Shown here piece after piece: positions 25,001 through 38,098 of a DNA stretch of 64,000 nucleotides; position 1 is the first letter of the stretch; every line of letters starts with the position of its first letter. The DNA is from Octopus sinensis (taxonomy: Eukaryota): positions 93,310,001 to 93,374,000 of the forward strand of contig NC_043002.1 in NCBI RefSeq assembly GCF_006345805.1, in the 5' to 3' direction. Below the pieces are notes generated by a model. It ran no database searches and was not told the origin of the DNA. It saw nothing but the letters and a program-made list of their open reading frames with translations. Position numbers and translations under genes: made by a program.

Positions 25001-25624
25001 ATTAACTATCCACATACAGTAGGCATTAAAATTTACACCTGGGTTAAATTGTGCTTTCTTAGTTAGGAGTGTGAAAGGACACCAAAGTTCAAGGAAAAAA
25101 AAATTAACTCTCCATTCCACACTAGTGGTGAAATTACATGGAGACAACTGGGTGCAAAATTAAATTCAATCATCCTAAAGTTGAACAAGCAAACTAAAGT
25201 TTAGTCAGGGGGATTTCAAAATTCGTTACTCCATGTGTAGGACTTGAGTAACTGATATGCCATCTTTCGTTTAAATTGACTGTTATTTCCAGAAGTTAAA
25301 ATGCTTTGCTGTGACTATAATTTGAACTTTAAAAGCGGTCATTAGGGGGTTCCCTTGCAGAATTCAAGTGATAATGAATATGCCATACTTTATCTTATGG
25401 CAGGCAATAACCATAATAAACTCCTGAGGTTCTGATGCTGTTTTATTGTGACAGTTTAAACTTTTATGGGTTAATGATTTAGGATCATTGTCCCCGAGAG
25501 GGTCGTCTTGCTGAATTGAAATGGAAGTAAATATGCCTCACTGTATCTTCATCTGTAGTAAATGAATAACAACTGAATCGAAATTCATTTTATGAGACTA
25601 CCAACTATCGAAGCTACAACCCTT

Positions 25625-25893
25625 TGCTGCATCACAACAGCCAAATTCAATAAATTACTTGCTGGGGGCTTACTGCTCCCCCCACCTCCGTCAAGCGATG
25701 TTGGGGGGAACATACACACACACATATATACATATATACAACGGGCTTCTTTCATTTTCTGTCTACCAAATCGACTCACAAGGCTTTGGTTGGCCTGATG
25801 TTATAGTAGAAGACACTTGCCCAAGGTGCCATGCAGTGGGACTGGACCCACTGGTTGTTAAGCAAGCTACTTACCACACTGCCACTCCTGCAC
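25625..25893 (-). mobile_element. SINE family B, CpG-decayed
   Basis: gtcaagcgatgttgggggg, ctgtctaccaaatcgactcacaaggc, caagctacttaccacac. Confidence 0.75.
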
Positions 25894-26053
25894 CTACTAC
25901 CTAAATTAGGTGTACCTAAATTAGAAACCATTAATCTTTTTGATATCAATCTGCCTGAGATTTTCTTTCGTTCTATGATACTAACATCCTGTTTTAAAGT
26001 GATCTAGATTAAAACTTTCCATCAAAATTCCATGTGAATATATGTTCCAAATA

Positions 26054-26272
26054 AGGCAGCAAGCTGGCAGAATCGTTACTACACTGGGCAAAATGCTCAG
26101 TGGCATTTTGCCCATCCCTTCACTCTGAGTTCACATTTCTAATGAAGTTGACTTTGCCTTTCATCCTTTCGGGATCAATAAAATAAGTACCATTTGAGTA
26201 CTGGGTTGGCATAATTGACTTTACCCCTCCACTAAAATTGCTTGCCTTGTGCCAAAATGTCAAATAAATATT
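26054..26272 (+). mobile_element. SINE family C, tail C2, decayed
   Basis: ggcagcaagctggcagaatcgtta..gcctttcatcctttcggga..ccttgtgccaaaat. Confidence 0.8.
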
Positions 26273-27423
26273 TGTTCCAAATATCACCTTAATTATGACT
26301 AAGTTCTTTTATTAAATTCTCCATTATTTTCGAAATTAATAGAAAGAAGGGCAGTTTATTTCAGTAGAAATATGGTATTAAAAACATATTTATTCCCACT
26401 TAAATGTGGATGCTCTGTTACAACAAACTTTACTGCGGTAGATACCATGAGAGAAACTCTCATATTGGCTTTTGGTGTAAAGTGCACATGCTTGTTTACA
26501 TCGCTAGTGGAGAGATAAATCCCCATCAAATTCAGTGCCGAGACCACCAGATCATGTGATTTCAACTTTCCTTGATCTCATTGGTGATGGACACTTGACT
26601 GCTAGAAATTGCAATGACTCACCACTCTGCCAGCAATATACAGAAAATCAGTGCCAAACGGGTATTGATGTTGCGATTAGCTAGTGAGCTGGTTGAGAAA
26701 TGTATATTAGCAACAGAAGCAGAGAGATAAATAAAACATCCATGTTTAAGTGGGAATAAATAGTACTTAGTATTAATACTGCCTCTGTCACGAATATATA
26801 CATCTCAACATATTTTTTTCCCTTTTCTGACCAACCTGGAACTGAATTTATCAAATGTAGGAATTTCTCAATTTGCAAGAAAATAGCCACAATATTTCCC
26901 CCCTCATATAATCTCAAATAATGAAAGGACATGATAGATGATACAGTCCTATATGTACTCCTAAATCTTTAGGAGAATTCTCTTCTATATTAGTATTATA
27001 ATCTAAATTAATAATTCTAAATGTATTAATTGAAATAAATAATACTATTCCTAGGAATCTTAATTAGTTTTTATTTTTATTTTAACCAATCCACTTTCAA
27101 CCTCTTTTGGTTCTATGATACAAGCTTCCTAATTTAAAGTGATCTAAATTAAAGCCTATTAGCAATATTTCATGTTAATTTATGTTTGGAGATGCAAGTT
27201 AAGAGTAACAGTTGTTTTACTAAATTCTTCATTATTTTAAAAATTGATTGAAACAAAGATGGTATATTTTAGTAAGAATATGGTAACAAAAAGGTTAGAT
27301 TTAGACCTGGAGGTAAATAACATCAAAAGATATCTTTACCACCAATGTATAAAAGTCTTGCTGTGGATATCATTTCATGACTTATAAGTTGTTGAGAAAT
27401 TTATAAAATTGACAAGGGCTTAA

Positions 27424-27643
27424 CCCCTTCATTACCAACCCGGCTGAAACCGGCTCTAGCTCTGTGTACAAATGTCTCGTTTTCATAAGTTTTGAATTAA
27501 AATCTTCCACCAAATTTTAGTCAGAATTTATGTTCCTAACACTAGCTGAATGATAACTAAGTTATTTTACTAAATTCTTTATTGTATTTAAAGTAATTGA
27601 AAGAAACACAGAGCATCTCAAAATAAATACAGTTATGAAAGGG
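27424..27643. mobile_element. piggyBac-like MITE with TTAA TSD
   Basis: TTAA|ccccttcattacc .. gttatgaaaggg|TTAA; reverse-orientation copy of 58979-59199. Confidence 0.85.
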
Positions 27644-27828
27644 TTAAATAATAGCTTCCAAAATGACAGTGGTTAAACCAAGAATCAGGGCAAACTGGTA
27701 GCGGTTTGCATTGGCAAAAATTAGGAAGGTTTGTACAAGAGTTTGGTTCATTAATTTGTCATGAGAAGAGAAAGATTCCAGTATTTTGTGAAGTTGTCTT
27801 ACTTGTGACCTAGATGGTATATTCTCTC

Positions 27829-28042
27829 AGGCGGCGAGCTGGCAGAATTGTTAACACGCCGGGTTCGTCTGCCGTTACGTTCTGGGTTCAAATTCTGCCA
27901 CGGTCGACTTTGCCTTTCATCCTTTCGGGGTCGATTAAATAAGTACCAGTTACACACTGGGGTTGATATAATTGACTTAATCCGTTTGTCTGTCCTTGTT
28001 TATCCTTTCTGTGTTTAGCCCCTTGTGGGTAGTAAAGAAATA
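27829..28042 (+). mobile_element. SINE family C, full length, tail C1, with TSD
   Basis: 13-bp TSD ggtatattctctc at 27816-27828 and 28043-28055. Confidence 0.9.
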
Positions 28043-29395
28043 GGTATATTCTCTCTCTCTCTCTGGGAAGAAGTGTGTCTAAAGCAAAATTCTTTCTTCA
28101 TTCTTGGAAAAATCATCTTAACAAAGTCTTCTACTAACTCATTTGTTAGGTATCAAGACTAATTGTTTACTGTTCCAAAACACCATGACAAAAACAAAAA
28201 CACTGTACCCTTTTTTTTTATACCAACTCATTTATGACCTCCACTCCTGGTTCTTTAATATAAAATGTTCAAATGTAAATTAAAATCTTTCTTCATGAAT
28301 TTTGTATCTGAACTTTTTAACTAAACTCTTAAATATCAGCTTTATCTAGAAATGAATATAAATTTTAATTTTTTAAATTTTAGTAACTTCTTAATATATT
28401 TTGAAAATTCATTAATGCATACAGACATTGTAGTTCATTAGAAGTATGGTGAGGAAAGAATTAATCATGTCAATAAAAAACAAAAACAAAACAAAACAAA
28501 AAAATCTATCTATCATGTGATCTTGCTGTTGTCATGCCATCTGGGAATGGCAATTCTATACTCATCTAAGATGGGTATTACTTGTAAAACTTCTCTGTAA
28601 AATATATTGATTGTCACTTAACCATGTATCTGTGTTTTATATAATTTTGTGTTGTATATAATTTTTAATGTTTGTACACGAATCAATCGGATGGAGAGTG
28701 GGGTTTCTAAATAGTGTGACAGTTGTGTGTACTAGATCTCTGAAAAATCTTGTCTGACTCACTTCTTTCTAATGTAATAATAAAATAAATTTAGAAATTG
28801 ATAATATCATATTAGACAAATTTAAGTACCAGCTGGTCATGGGTCAAACCTTGGTTGTTGTTGTTTCAATCCAAGTCTGTTAAGCAGTTTCATGATGAAA
28901 CACATTACAACTATGACCATTATATCATTTTCTCAGATTTGAAGAGGATTTAGCTACTATTTCTAGCAGTTCAAATGACCATGTGGAAGGGCCTCTTATT
29001 AGCTTTCTGATCTTGTTTTTTATTTCTTGCGCCAGGTCAATACTGATCAAGTCGAACTATGATCAAAGGCATTCCGGTTGCGACCATCCTTGTCTTTGTG
29101 TAGCTAAGGCAACATCGGCCAGTGTGTCCTTCCTCTTTTTTGTTTTTTAAGATTTGAAGAAAATTTGACTGCTATTTCTGGAAGGTTGAGCAACCCTGTA
29201 GATGCACCCTTGTCATTTTTTTGACTCCAGGAGATTTTTTATTTTCTTTTGTTTTTATAGTTGAATGTATATACCTTGCTAATGTATATCTACAAAAGAT
29301 GGAAAAATATCAACTTTCCACCCCACTCCTCCCTCCCTTCAGAAAAAAAAATCAATACCATTTGTGTAAAGTTTCTTGCAGTATTGGTTCTGCAC

Positions 29396-29790
29396 AAGGT
29401 AATGAGCTGGCAGAAACGTTAGCATGCTGGGCAAAATGCTTAGCAGTATTGCATCTGCCGCTACGTTCTGAGTTCAAATTCTGCCAAGGTCAACTTTGCC
29501 TTTCATCCTTTCGGGATCGATTAAATAAGTACCAGTTACGCACTGGGGTCGATATAATCGACTTAATCCGTTTGTCCTTGTTTGTCCTCTCTGTGTTTAG
29601 CCCCTTGTGGGTAGTAAAGAAATAGGTATTGCATCTGTCTTTGTGTTCTGAGCTCAAATTCCACTGAGGTCGACTTGGCCTTTCATCCTTTCGGGGTCGA
29701 TAAATTAAGTACCAGTTGCATACTGGAGTCGATCTAATCAACTGGTCTCCTCCCCCCAAATTTCAGGCCTTGTGCCTAGAGTAGAAAAGA
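29396..29790 (+). mobile_element. SINE family C dimer (C1 tail then C2 tail)
   Basis: One head and two bodies; the variant gtattgcatctg occurs at 29446 and again at the junction 29626. Confidence 0.85.
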
Positions 29791-30047
29791 ATATTTGTTT
29801 TGCCCTAAGTTATAGGCACTCCAATCTCACTTTTGCTGTAAGAAATCTCATGAAACTAGTAATTATCTTCTTGAATATCTGTGTAACCAACAGCACCATT
29901 GTTCAACAATTGCCTTATTAAATAGATAAATAAATGAATAAATAACTTGGTTGCTACAACTACTTATCAATTCAGTCTTGAAGTACTTGCTGATACAGTC
30001 TTGAACTACTGTATTTTAATGTGTATAATGTGTATTTTCTCTCTTTC

Positions 30048-30447
30048 TCTTTTTCTCTTTTTCTTGTTTCAGTCATTTGACTGCGGCCATGCTGGAGCAC
30101 CGCCTTTAGTCACGCAAATCGACCCCCGGACTTATTCTTTGTAAGCCCAGTACTTATTCTATCGGTCTCTTTTACCGAAACGCTAAGTGACGGGACGTAA
30201 ACACACCGGCATCGGTTGTCAAGCAATGCTAGAGGGACAAACACAGACACACAAACACATACATATATATATATACATATATACGACAGGCTTCTTTCAG
30301 TTTCCGTCTACCAAATCCACTCACAAGGCATTGGTCGGCCCGGGGCTATAGCAGAAGACACTTGCCCAAGATGCCACGCAGTGGGACTGAACCCGGAACT
30401 ATGTGGTTGGTTAGCAAGCTACTTACCACACAGCCACTCCTGCGCCT
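30048..30447 (-). mobile_element. SINE family B, full length
   Basis: Complete reverse complement, very similar to 14683-15115. Confidence 0.9.
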
Positions 30448-30673
30448 ATATTTGTCAAAAATCAGGTTAAAAAAGTGAGAGTTTCTTATACATGGATAGT
30501 ATTATAATCCCTTACAAAACCTTTTTTCCAAATTTTAAGCCCCCCAAATTAGGGGGTTCCTTATGCACGTTAAAATACAGTACATATCACTACTGGTGAG
30601 GTTATATTGTCTAGTGATAAAGTGATACGTTGTAACATTTGACATTGTTAAAGGTAGACTTGATTTGATTTAA

Positions 30674-31055
30674 CCCTTTAGTGTTCAAATTATTATCAAC
30701 TGTAATGCTTATAGACGTTGTTTTGAATTAATCATGCAGTATCTTGTAGCTTTGGGATTTTGATGATGTATTTGTTTATTTTTAGAATGACATTGTAAGG
30801 TAGATGTGAGAGGCCTGATCTGGCCTATTTGAACATACACATTTCTTTATTGCCCACAGGGGGCTAAACACAGAGGGGACAAACAAAGGGATTAAGTCGA
30901 TTACATCAACCCCAGTGCATAACTGGTATTTATTTAATCGACCCTGAAAGGATGAAAGGCAAAGTCGACCTTGGCGAAATTTGAACTCAGAACGTAATGG
31001 CAGATGAAATATAACAGAATATTTGGGCTGGATATGGCTGGTTTAAATAATAAAG
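30674..31055. mobile_element. Second TTAA MITE family copy interrupted by a minus-strand C SINE (30838-31012)
   Basis: TTAA|ccctttagtgttcaaatt; the body matches 47605-47817; the right end is degenerate. Confidence 0.65.
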
Positions 31056-31150
31056 AGAACATGTTTTGTGTGTATATGTGAATATGGTAACTGCATTATA
31101 ATTGAGGTTATAAGTTTGTATAATTTCAATTTATTTCTCTTTGCAGTATG

Positions 31151-31255
31151 CAGTAATCCCTCACCATATCACGGTTCACCTATCGCGGCTTAATATTTAA
31201 GCTTTCATTGATTCCTCCATGGTGTTGTTTCGCATTTATAGTAAAATAAATATAT
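31151..31255 (+). mobile_element. Tigger/pogo-like terminal fragment
   Basis: cagtaatccctcaccatatcacggttcac resembles CAG-start pogo-type TIRs. Confidence 0.4.
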
Positions 31256-31262
31256 ACATATT

Positions 31263-31474
31263 CTTTTATTCTTTTACTTGTTTCAGTCATTTGACTGTGG
31301 CCATGCTGGAGCACCGCCTTTAGTTGAGCAAATCGCCCCCCAGAACTTATTCTTTGTAAGCCTTGTACTTATTCTATTGGTCTCTCTTGCCGAACTGCTA
31401 AGTGACGGTGACGTAAACACACCAGCATCGGTTGTCAAGCAATGCTAGGGGGACAAACACAGACACACAAACAT

Positions 31475-31524
<50 letters not shown>

Positions 31525-31697
31525 TATATATATACGACGGGCTTCTTTCAGTTTCTGTCTACCAAATCCACTCACAAGGCTTTGGTCGGCTCAAGGCTAT
31601 AGTAGAAGACACTTGCCCAAGATGACACACAGTGGGACTGAACCCGGAACCATGTGGTTGGTAAGCAAGCTACTTACCACACAGCCACTCCTGCGCC
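31263..31697 (-). mobile_element. SINE family B, full length
   Basis: Complete reverse complement of head, (TA)n and tail. Confidence 0.9.
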
Positions 31698-32549
31698 TAT
31701 AATAATAATAATAAATATACAGTACAGTACTGTTTCTACTTTGTGGATTTTCACCTATCACATGTGGAATGTAACAACTGCGGTAGTCAAGGGATTAATG
31801 TATATTTATAACATGGCAGCTTTTAACACATTAATGCTTTTGTTATGTCTTAGTGCTATACTAAAAGTAGAAAAAATATGTCAGTGAAATCCTGTTTCTC
31901 AGGTGAGACTTGGTTTCATTTTAGTACTCGGAGAATCTTTCAGTCAAAAGCATAAAAATTTAAGTCTATTACAGTTTATCATGGTTCATGGAGATAATTC
32001 TAGAAAAACAAAAGCAAAAAAAGAAAAACCAAAAAACAAAACAAAACAAAAAACCTGCAACAAAGTGTGACAAAGCAACGATTATCCAGAATAGTTTCTG
32101 ACAAATGAATTTTACACTAATTATTACTTTGTTGTGTTTAATACACATTAATTAAGATTCCTACCAACTCGGAATGACTGTTAGTTACCTCTCTATGTTG
32201 TCACTGTTTTCTCTGTTGTTTTGCTTGGACAAATTAACTGACTGCAACTGACTTGCTACTTAAAAATTGACTAATTATTAATTTCTAACTTATTGTTAGT
32301 AACATCTTAACTAGTAGTAATTTACTACATAACTGCTGTGAAGTCAATAAAAATAATTCGAATATTGTCTAGAAGAAAGCTTGTAGTTGTTGTTTGCCAT
32401 GATGGTGGTATTGGTGGTGGTGGTGGTGGTGGTGATATTTATGGTTTGCAGTGGTGGTGATGGTTTTCGTTGTGGTGTAGGTGTTTGTGCTGATGGTGGT
32501 GGTAGCTGTATTTAGCAATAGTGGTTGTAGTTTATGGTATTGGTGGTAT

Positions 32550-32963
32550 AAGGCGGCAAGATGGCAGAAACGTTAGTACACTGGGCGAAATGCTTAGCGG
32601 TATTTCATCCGCCGTTACGTTCTGAGTTCAAATTCCGCCGAGGTCGACTTTACCTTTCATCCTTTCGGGGTCGATTAAATAAGTACCAGTTACGCACTGG
32701 GGTCAATGTAATCGACTTAATCCATTTGTCTGTCCTTGTTTGTTCCCTCTATGTTAGCCACTTGTGGGTAGTAAAGAAATAGGTATTTCATCTGCCGTTA
32801 CGTTCTGAGTTCAAATTCCGCCAAGGTTGACTTTACCTTTCATCCTTTTGGGGTCGATTAAATAAATACCAGTTATGCACTGGAGTCAATATAATCGACT
32901 TAATCCATTTGTCTGCCCTTGTTTGTCCCCTCTATGTTTAGCCCCTTGTGGACAATAAAGAAA
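32550..32963 (+). mobile_element. SINE family C dimer within a (GGT)n tract
   Basis: 16-bp TSD tatggtattggtggta at 32533-32548 and 32964-32979; internal junction ggtatttcatc at 32599 and 32782. Confidence 0.9.
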
Positions 32964-33475
32964 TATGGTATTGGTGGTAGTTAGAGCTATGGGGATAATG
33001 TTGGTGTTGTTCATTATTATGGTGATGATAGTGATCATGGTTATGGTGAAGATGGTTGTCATAGCTGTAATGGTAGTGATGGTCTTGGTGGGGCAGTGGT
33101 TGTAGATAATGGGATTCTATTTCCGAGGTAATACAAATATATTTTGCAGTATTTTCAACCCTTTATGCTTTAAGCTCAAATCCTGTTGAGATAAATTTTA
33201 TCTTTTGTCTTTCAGGACTGATAAGAAAAAGTACCAGTCAAATACTAAAATTAATTCAGTTGACTAAATTTTGTTCCTCCTGTTATTATCCCTTTACATA
33301 ACTTCTTCAGTTCTTTTCGTTCTGTTTATGGGTTCAAACCAGCCTCTGGGACTGGGCTTGGATGACTGGACTGTGATAAAGATGGAGATGATGGAAGCGG
33401 TGTTTATGTATGCATGTGTAGTTTGTAAATGTGCTTTTTTTTTTTTAAATGTGTAAGTGTGAGTTATGAAGGTGT

Positions 33476-34100
33476 GTGGACAAGAGGTTAGGGTGTTGCA
33501 CTCATGATTGCAAGATCGTGGTTTCAATTCCCAGACTGGATGTGTGTTCTTGAGCAAAACACTTCATTTTTCCCATTGCTCCAGTCCACTCAGCTGGCAA
33601 AAATGAGTAATCCTTTAACGAACCAGCATCCCATCCAGGTGGGGACTATATATGCCATGGAAACTGGGTAACTGGCCCTTATGGGTCAGTATGGCTCGAG
33701 AAGGAAACGTTACCTTTTAGTGGAGGTGTATGGCTTAGTGGTTAGGATGTTGGACTCATGATTGTTAGCTAGTGATTTCAGTTCCTGGACTGGGCGACGT
33801 GTTGTGTTCTTGAGCAAAACACTTCATTTCATTTTGCTTCATGTTGCTTCAGTCCATTCAGCTGGCAAAAATGAGTAATCCTCTGATGGACCAGCATCTC
33901 ATCCAGGTGGGGGAATAGATACACCATGGAAACCAGGAAACCAGCCCTAATGAGTCGGTATGACTCAAGAATGTAACTTTACCTTAATTGAAATGAGTAA
34001 TCCTGTGACAGACTGTCATTCTGTTCAGGGGGACTGTTGTCCTGCCCACCTAGCCAGCGAGGTGGCATCATTTGAAAGCTACAACAATGATTGTTTAGTC
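33476..34100 (+). mobile_element. Tandem SINE family E copies (two plus a partial)
   Basis: Repeated tgtgttcttgagcaaaacacttcattt..cagctggcaaaaatgagtaatcct..catccaggtgggg. Confidence 0.75.
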
Positions 34101-34287
34101 AATAGAAGGATACACTGATGTATGATTATCTTTGTAAATGGGCGTGAGTGTTTATGAAAGTATTTGCTTTTGTAAATGTAAGTGTTTATGGGATTTTTGT
34201 AAATGTGTTTATGTCTATGCCTGTATTTTTGTAAATATATGTATATGCTGATGTTTTTGTAAATGTGTGCATGTAGGTTTGTAAATA

Positions 34288-34590
34288 TGGAGGCGCAATG
34301 GCCCAGTGGTTAGGGCAGTGGACTTGTGGTCGGAGGATCGCAGTTTCGATTTCCAGACTTGGTGTTGTGTGTTTATTGAGCGAAAACACCTAAAAGCTCC
34401 ACAAGGCTCTGGCAGGGGGTGGGTGACCCCTGTTGTACTCTTTCGCCCCAACTTTCTCTCACTCTCTCTTCCTGTTTCTTGAGCAACGCTGCGATGGGCA
34501 TGTGTTTCGTCCAGCTGGGGGGAACACATATGCCACAGAAAAACCGGGAAACCGGGCCCATGAGCCTAGCTAGGCTTGAAAAGGGTGCAT
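34288..34590 (+). mobile_element. SINE family D
   Basis: ggaggcgcaatggcccagtggttagggcag head; accgggaaaccgggccc tail block. Confidence 0.85.
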
Positions 34591-34626
34591 AAATAAAAAA
34601 CATAAGTGTTGTAGATATGTTTAAGT

Positions 34627-34850
34627 GCAGGTGTGGTTGTGTGGTTAAGAAATTTACTTCCCAACCACATGGTTCTGGGTTCAGTCCCACTGTGTGGTAC
34701 CTTGAGTAAATGTTTTCTACTCAAGCTCAGGGCTGACCAAAACCTTGTGAGTGGATTTGGTAGATAGAAACTGAAAGAAGCCTGCCATGTATATATATAT
34801 ATTCTTTTACTTGTTTCAGGCATTTGACTGTGGCCAAGCTGGAGCACCAT
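34627..34850 (+). mobile_element. SINE family B head, followed by a reverse tail fragment
   Basis: gtggttgtgtggttaag..gggttcagtcccactg..gtgagtggatttggtagatagaaactgaaagaagcc. Confidence 0.7.
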
Positions 34851-35571
34851 GTGTTTGTTACTGTCTCTTTGAATTGACATTGCGTGATAGTTGTAAACAA
34901 GTGTCACTGAATGCAAGTGGTGTCCTTCATTTTCAATATTCTGTGATATTTTGGTGAAGGGGAAATATCTTACTTGGAAACATGTGAGGGTTGGTGACAG
35001 GAAGGGCATCCGACTGCAGAAAATCAATCTCAACAAAATTCTGTCCAACCCATGCAAGCATAGAAAAGTGCACATTAAAAAAAGACTATGATGATGATGA
35101 TGATGATGTGGGTTTGTAAATATGCTTCAGGTGATGTTGAGCGGAGTAGAATTAATCTGACATCCAGTTGAACATAGACATTTGATCTTCAGATTTATCT
35201 TTAGCAGAGCTCATTCTCTTGATCTTAGGCTGTACAGAATTAATCAGTTGCCTGTTTTAACCCATTTAGACCTTGGATTATTGCAACAGAGTTCATTTTG
35301 ATCCAATTTCTAGTCTGAAGCTAACAAGAACTTTCTCCCTTCTTTCCACCATTTGTGGAGATCCTATAAAGGGTCATGTGCTGGACCCTGCTCTGAAAAT
35401 GCAATGAAAAAAAAAATTAAATTTTAGAAACTAGTATTTTTATTTTGCTATTTATTATACACACATACATTCATATTTATTCATTTATTTGTTTTACATC
35501 TTTTTCTATGCTAGCATGGGTTAGATGAATACATACCTTATCAATTGGTATGATAGACATTTTATACGGTT

Positions 35572-35786
35572 CAAGGCAGTGAGCTGGCAGAAACGTTAGC
35601 ACGCCGGGCAAAATGCTTAGTGGTGTTTCGTCTGTCTTTACGTTCTGAGTTCAAATTCTGCTGAGGTTGACTTTGCCTTTCATCCTTTTGGGGTTGATAA
35701 ATTAAGTACCAGTTGCATACTGGGGTTGATTTAATCAACTGGTCCCATCTCCCAAAATTTCGGGCCTTGTGCCTAGAGTAGAAAAG
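35572..35786 (+). mobile_element. SINE family C, tail C2
   Basis: ggcagtgagctggcagaaacgttagcacgccgggc .. aaaatttcgggccttgtgcctagagtagaaaag. Confidence 0.85.
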
Positions 35787-35956
35787 ACTTTTTATTCAGT
35801 TAATCTGTGAAAAGTACAGAGCTACTAAGTAGTTTGTTGACAGGAAGTGACAGAAAGGCAGTGGATTAGTGATTGATTGATTGGAAACCTGTAACCAACA
35901 ACTCTGAGGTGATAGCCATGATTACATTATCTCCTTAATCTCTCTATCTCTCTTTT

Positions 35957-35988
<32 letters not shown>

Positions 35989-36755
35989 GTATTTACATAC
36001 ACATGCCATTCTGGAATTTCAAAAACAAGAAAAAACTTTAAAGGTCAGAAAGTTGTTTAAGTTGATGATAGATAGAAATTTGATTGAAGTTCCACTCAAA
36101 CACACAGAGGGTGGCCCACAAATATCAGTAAATTTGGCATATAATATATACTGAAGTTGTGACTTCTTATTCCTCTTACGTCATACATATTTACTTTTCT
36201 CAATCCTACAGGTCTAGACAGTTGAAATTTACACACAGAAGTGTAAGACTTACACTCAGAACTGCAGGAGTTACTTTTGGAATCGGAGTTACACTTGGAA
36301 TTGTAAGTATCTGCAAAGCTCATGAATTATTTATTGTATGTATGTATCTATCTTTTTATCTTTTACTTGTTTCAGTTATTGGATTGTGGCCATGCTGGGG
36401 CACCACTTTCAAATGTTTACTCAAGCAAATTAACCCTAGTACTTATTTTGTTTTTTTTTAAAGTCTGGTACTTTTTCTGTTTTTTTTTTTTTGCCGAATC
36501 CCCAAGTTATGGGTACTACTTAAACAAACACCAATTGTTATATATATATAATAATAATATTAGGGAGTATATCCAAACTTACAGGGAAAACTTAGATTTA
36601 GGATTAAATCAAATTTCACAGTATAAGTATAAATTAAATTAGAGGAAAAACCACTATTAGGCAAATCAAATATTAATTATATTTATTTTTTGTTTTTTAT
36701 GTTTTAGTTTATGTCTATCACTATTTGATTTGCCTAATAGTGGTTTTATCTCTAA

Positions 36756-36799
<44 letters not shown>

Positions 36800-36869
36800 A
36801 TACAATGAACTCTCCTTTTACTTTTCATCTACCAGATCCATTCACAAGGCTTTGACTGACCCAGCGTTA

Positions 36870-37260
36870 CCATGATCATTTAGTGTCTGCTTGCGTGGGT
36901 TAGACAGTTTGACTGAAACTGGTAAGCTGGAGAGCTGCACCAGGTTCCAATCTGATCTGGCATGGTTTCTATGGCCAGTTGCCCTTCCTAATGCCAACCA
37001 TTTGGAGAGTGTCATAGGTGCCAGTTATGTGACATCAGCGTCAGCCACGACTGATTTCACTTGGCTTGATGAGTCTTCCCAAGCAAAGCATATCACTGAA
37101 GACCTCAGTCACTTATCACTACCATGAGGCCCAACATTCAAAGGGTGCTTTTCATGTGCCACCGGCACGGGTACCTGTTACATGACGCCAGCATTGGCTA
37201 TGACTACATGTTCACCTGACAGGTCTTCTCAAGCAGGTTTCACCTAGCTTGATGAGTCTT
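36870..37260 (-). mobile_element. Family A, older diverged copy
   Basis: gcccttcctaatgccaacca and gtgccaccggcacggg blocks. Confidence 0.6.
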
Positions 37261-37589
37261 TTTTGAAAATATTTGTTGAAAGTGCTGCACTGTGGGGCTG
37301 AACCCAAGGTCATTTGGTTGGGAAGTTAGCTTCTTACCAACACAGCTATGCTTGCTTTCTATCAATGAGTCATCTGTTTTTTAAATACAGTTTGTTGGTT
37401 GTCTTTGTAATTGGAGCTGTTATATTGTATGTAGTACTTGTATATTTAAATGGCCTCCAGATGAGACCATACAATATATGTTGTACATCTGTATTTCAAT
37501 GACCTTCAGCTGAAAGTGTTATGATGTATGCTATACATGTATATTTAAAATGGTTTCCAGCTGGTGGCCTTATAATTTTTTTTGTATAT

Positions 37590-37912
37590 CGGCCATCTTC
37601 GGATGGTGGCACGTAAAAAGCACCATCCAAACGTGGCCAATGCCAGCGCCGCCTTGCTGGCTTCTGAGCCGGTGGCACATAAAAAGCACCAACTGATCGT
37701 GGTTGCTGCCATCCTCCCCTGGCACTTGTGCCAGTGGTACATAAAAAGCACCCACTACACTCACGGAGTGGTTGGCGTTAGGGAGGGCATCCAGCTGTTG
37801 AAACACTGCCAGATCAGACTGGAGCCTGGTGCAGCCTCCTGGCTTCCCAGACCCGGTTGAACTGTCCAACCCGTGCTAGCATGGAAAATGGACGTTAAAC
37901 GATGATGATGAT
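37590..37912 (+). mobile_element. Family A copy
   Basis: Three ggcac(g/a)taaaaagcac modules and the standard tail. Confidence 0.9.
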
Positions 37913-38098
37913 GTACATTTAAATGGTTTCTGATTTTGTTCTTTGAGTTGAGTACTGTAGAGTACATGATATCATTAGCATCAGTTGTCCTGAAATTCTC
38001 TAAGGTATCAAACATTCATCTCTGTTGGTGCAAACACACCTGTATAGTTAAGAATTTCACTTTGCAACTACATAATTAATTTCAAGTTATTATCTCAC

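Noticed and set aside
36212-36302. Apparent exon with strong acceptor and donor (SRQLKFTHRSVRLTLRTAGVTFGIGVTLGI)
   Set aside because: Its phase is incompatible with neighbouring candidates (joining the 26683 donor creates TAG), and the upstream gagggtggcccacaaa looks like a decayed Tc1-type terminus. Not fully excluded without RNA-seq.
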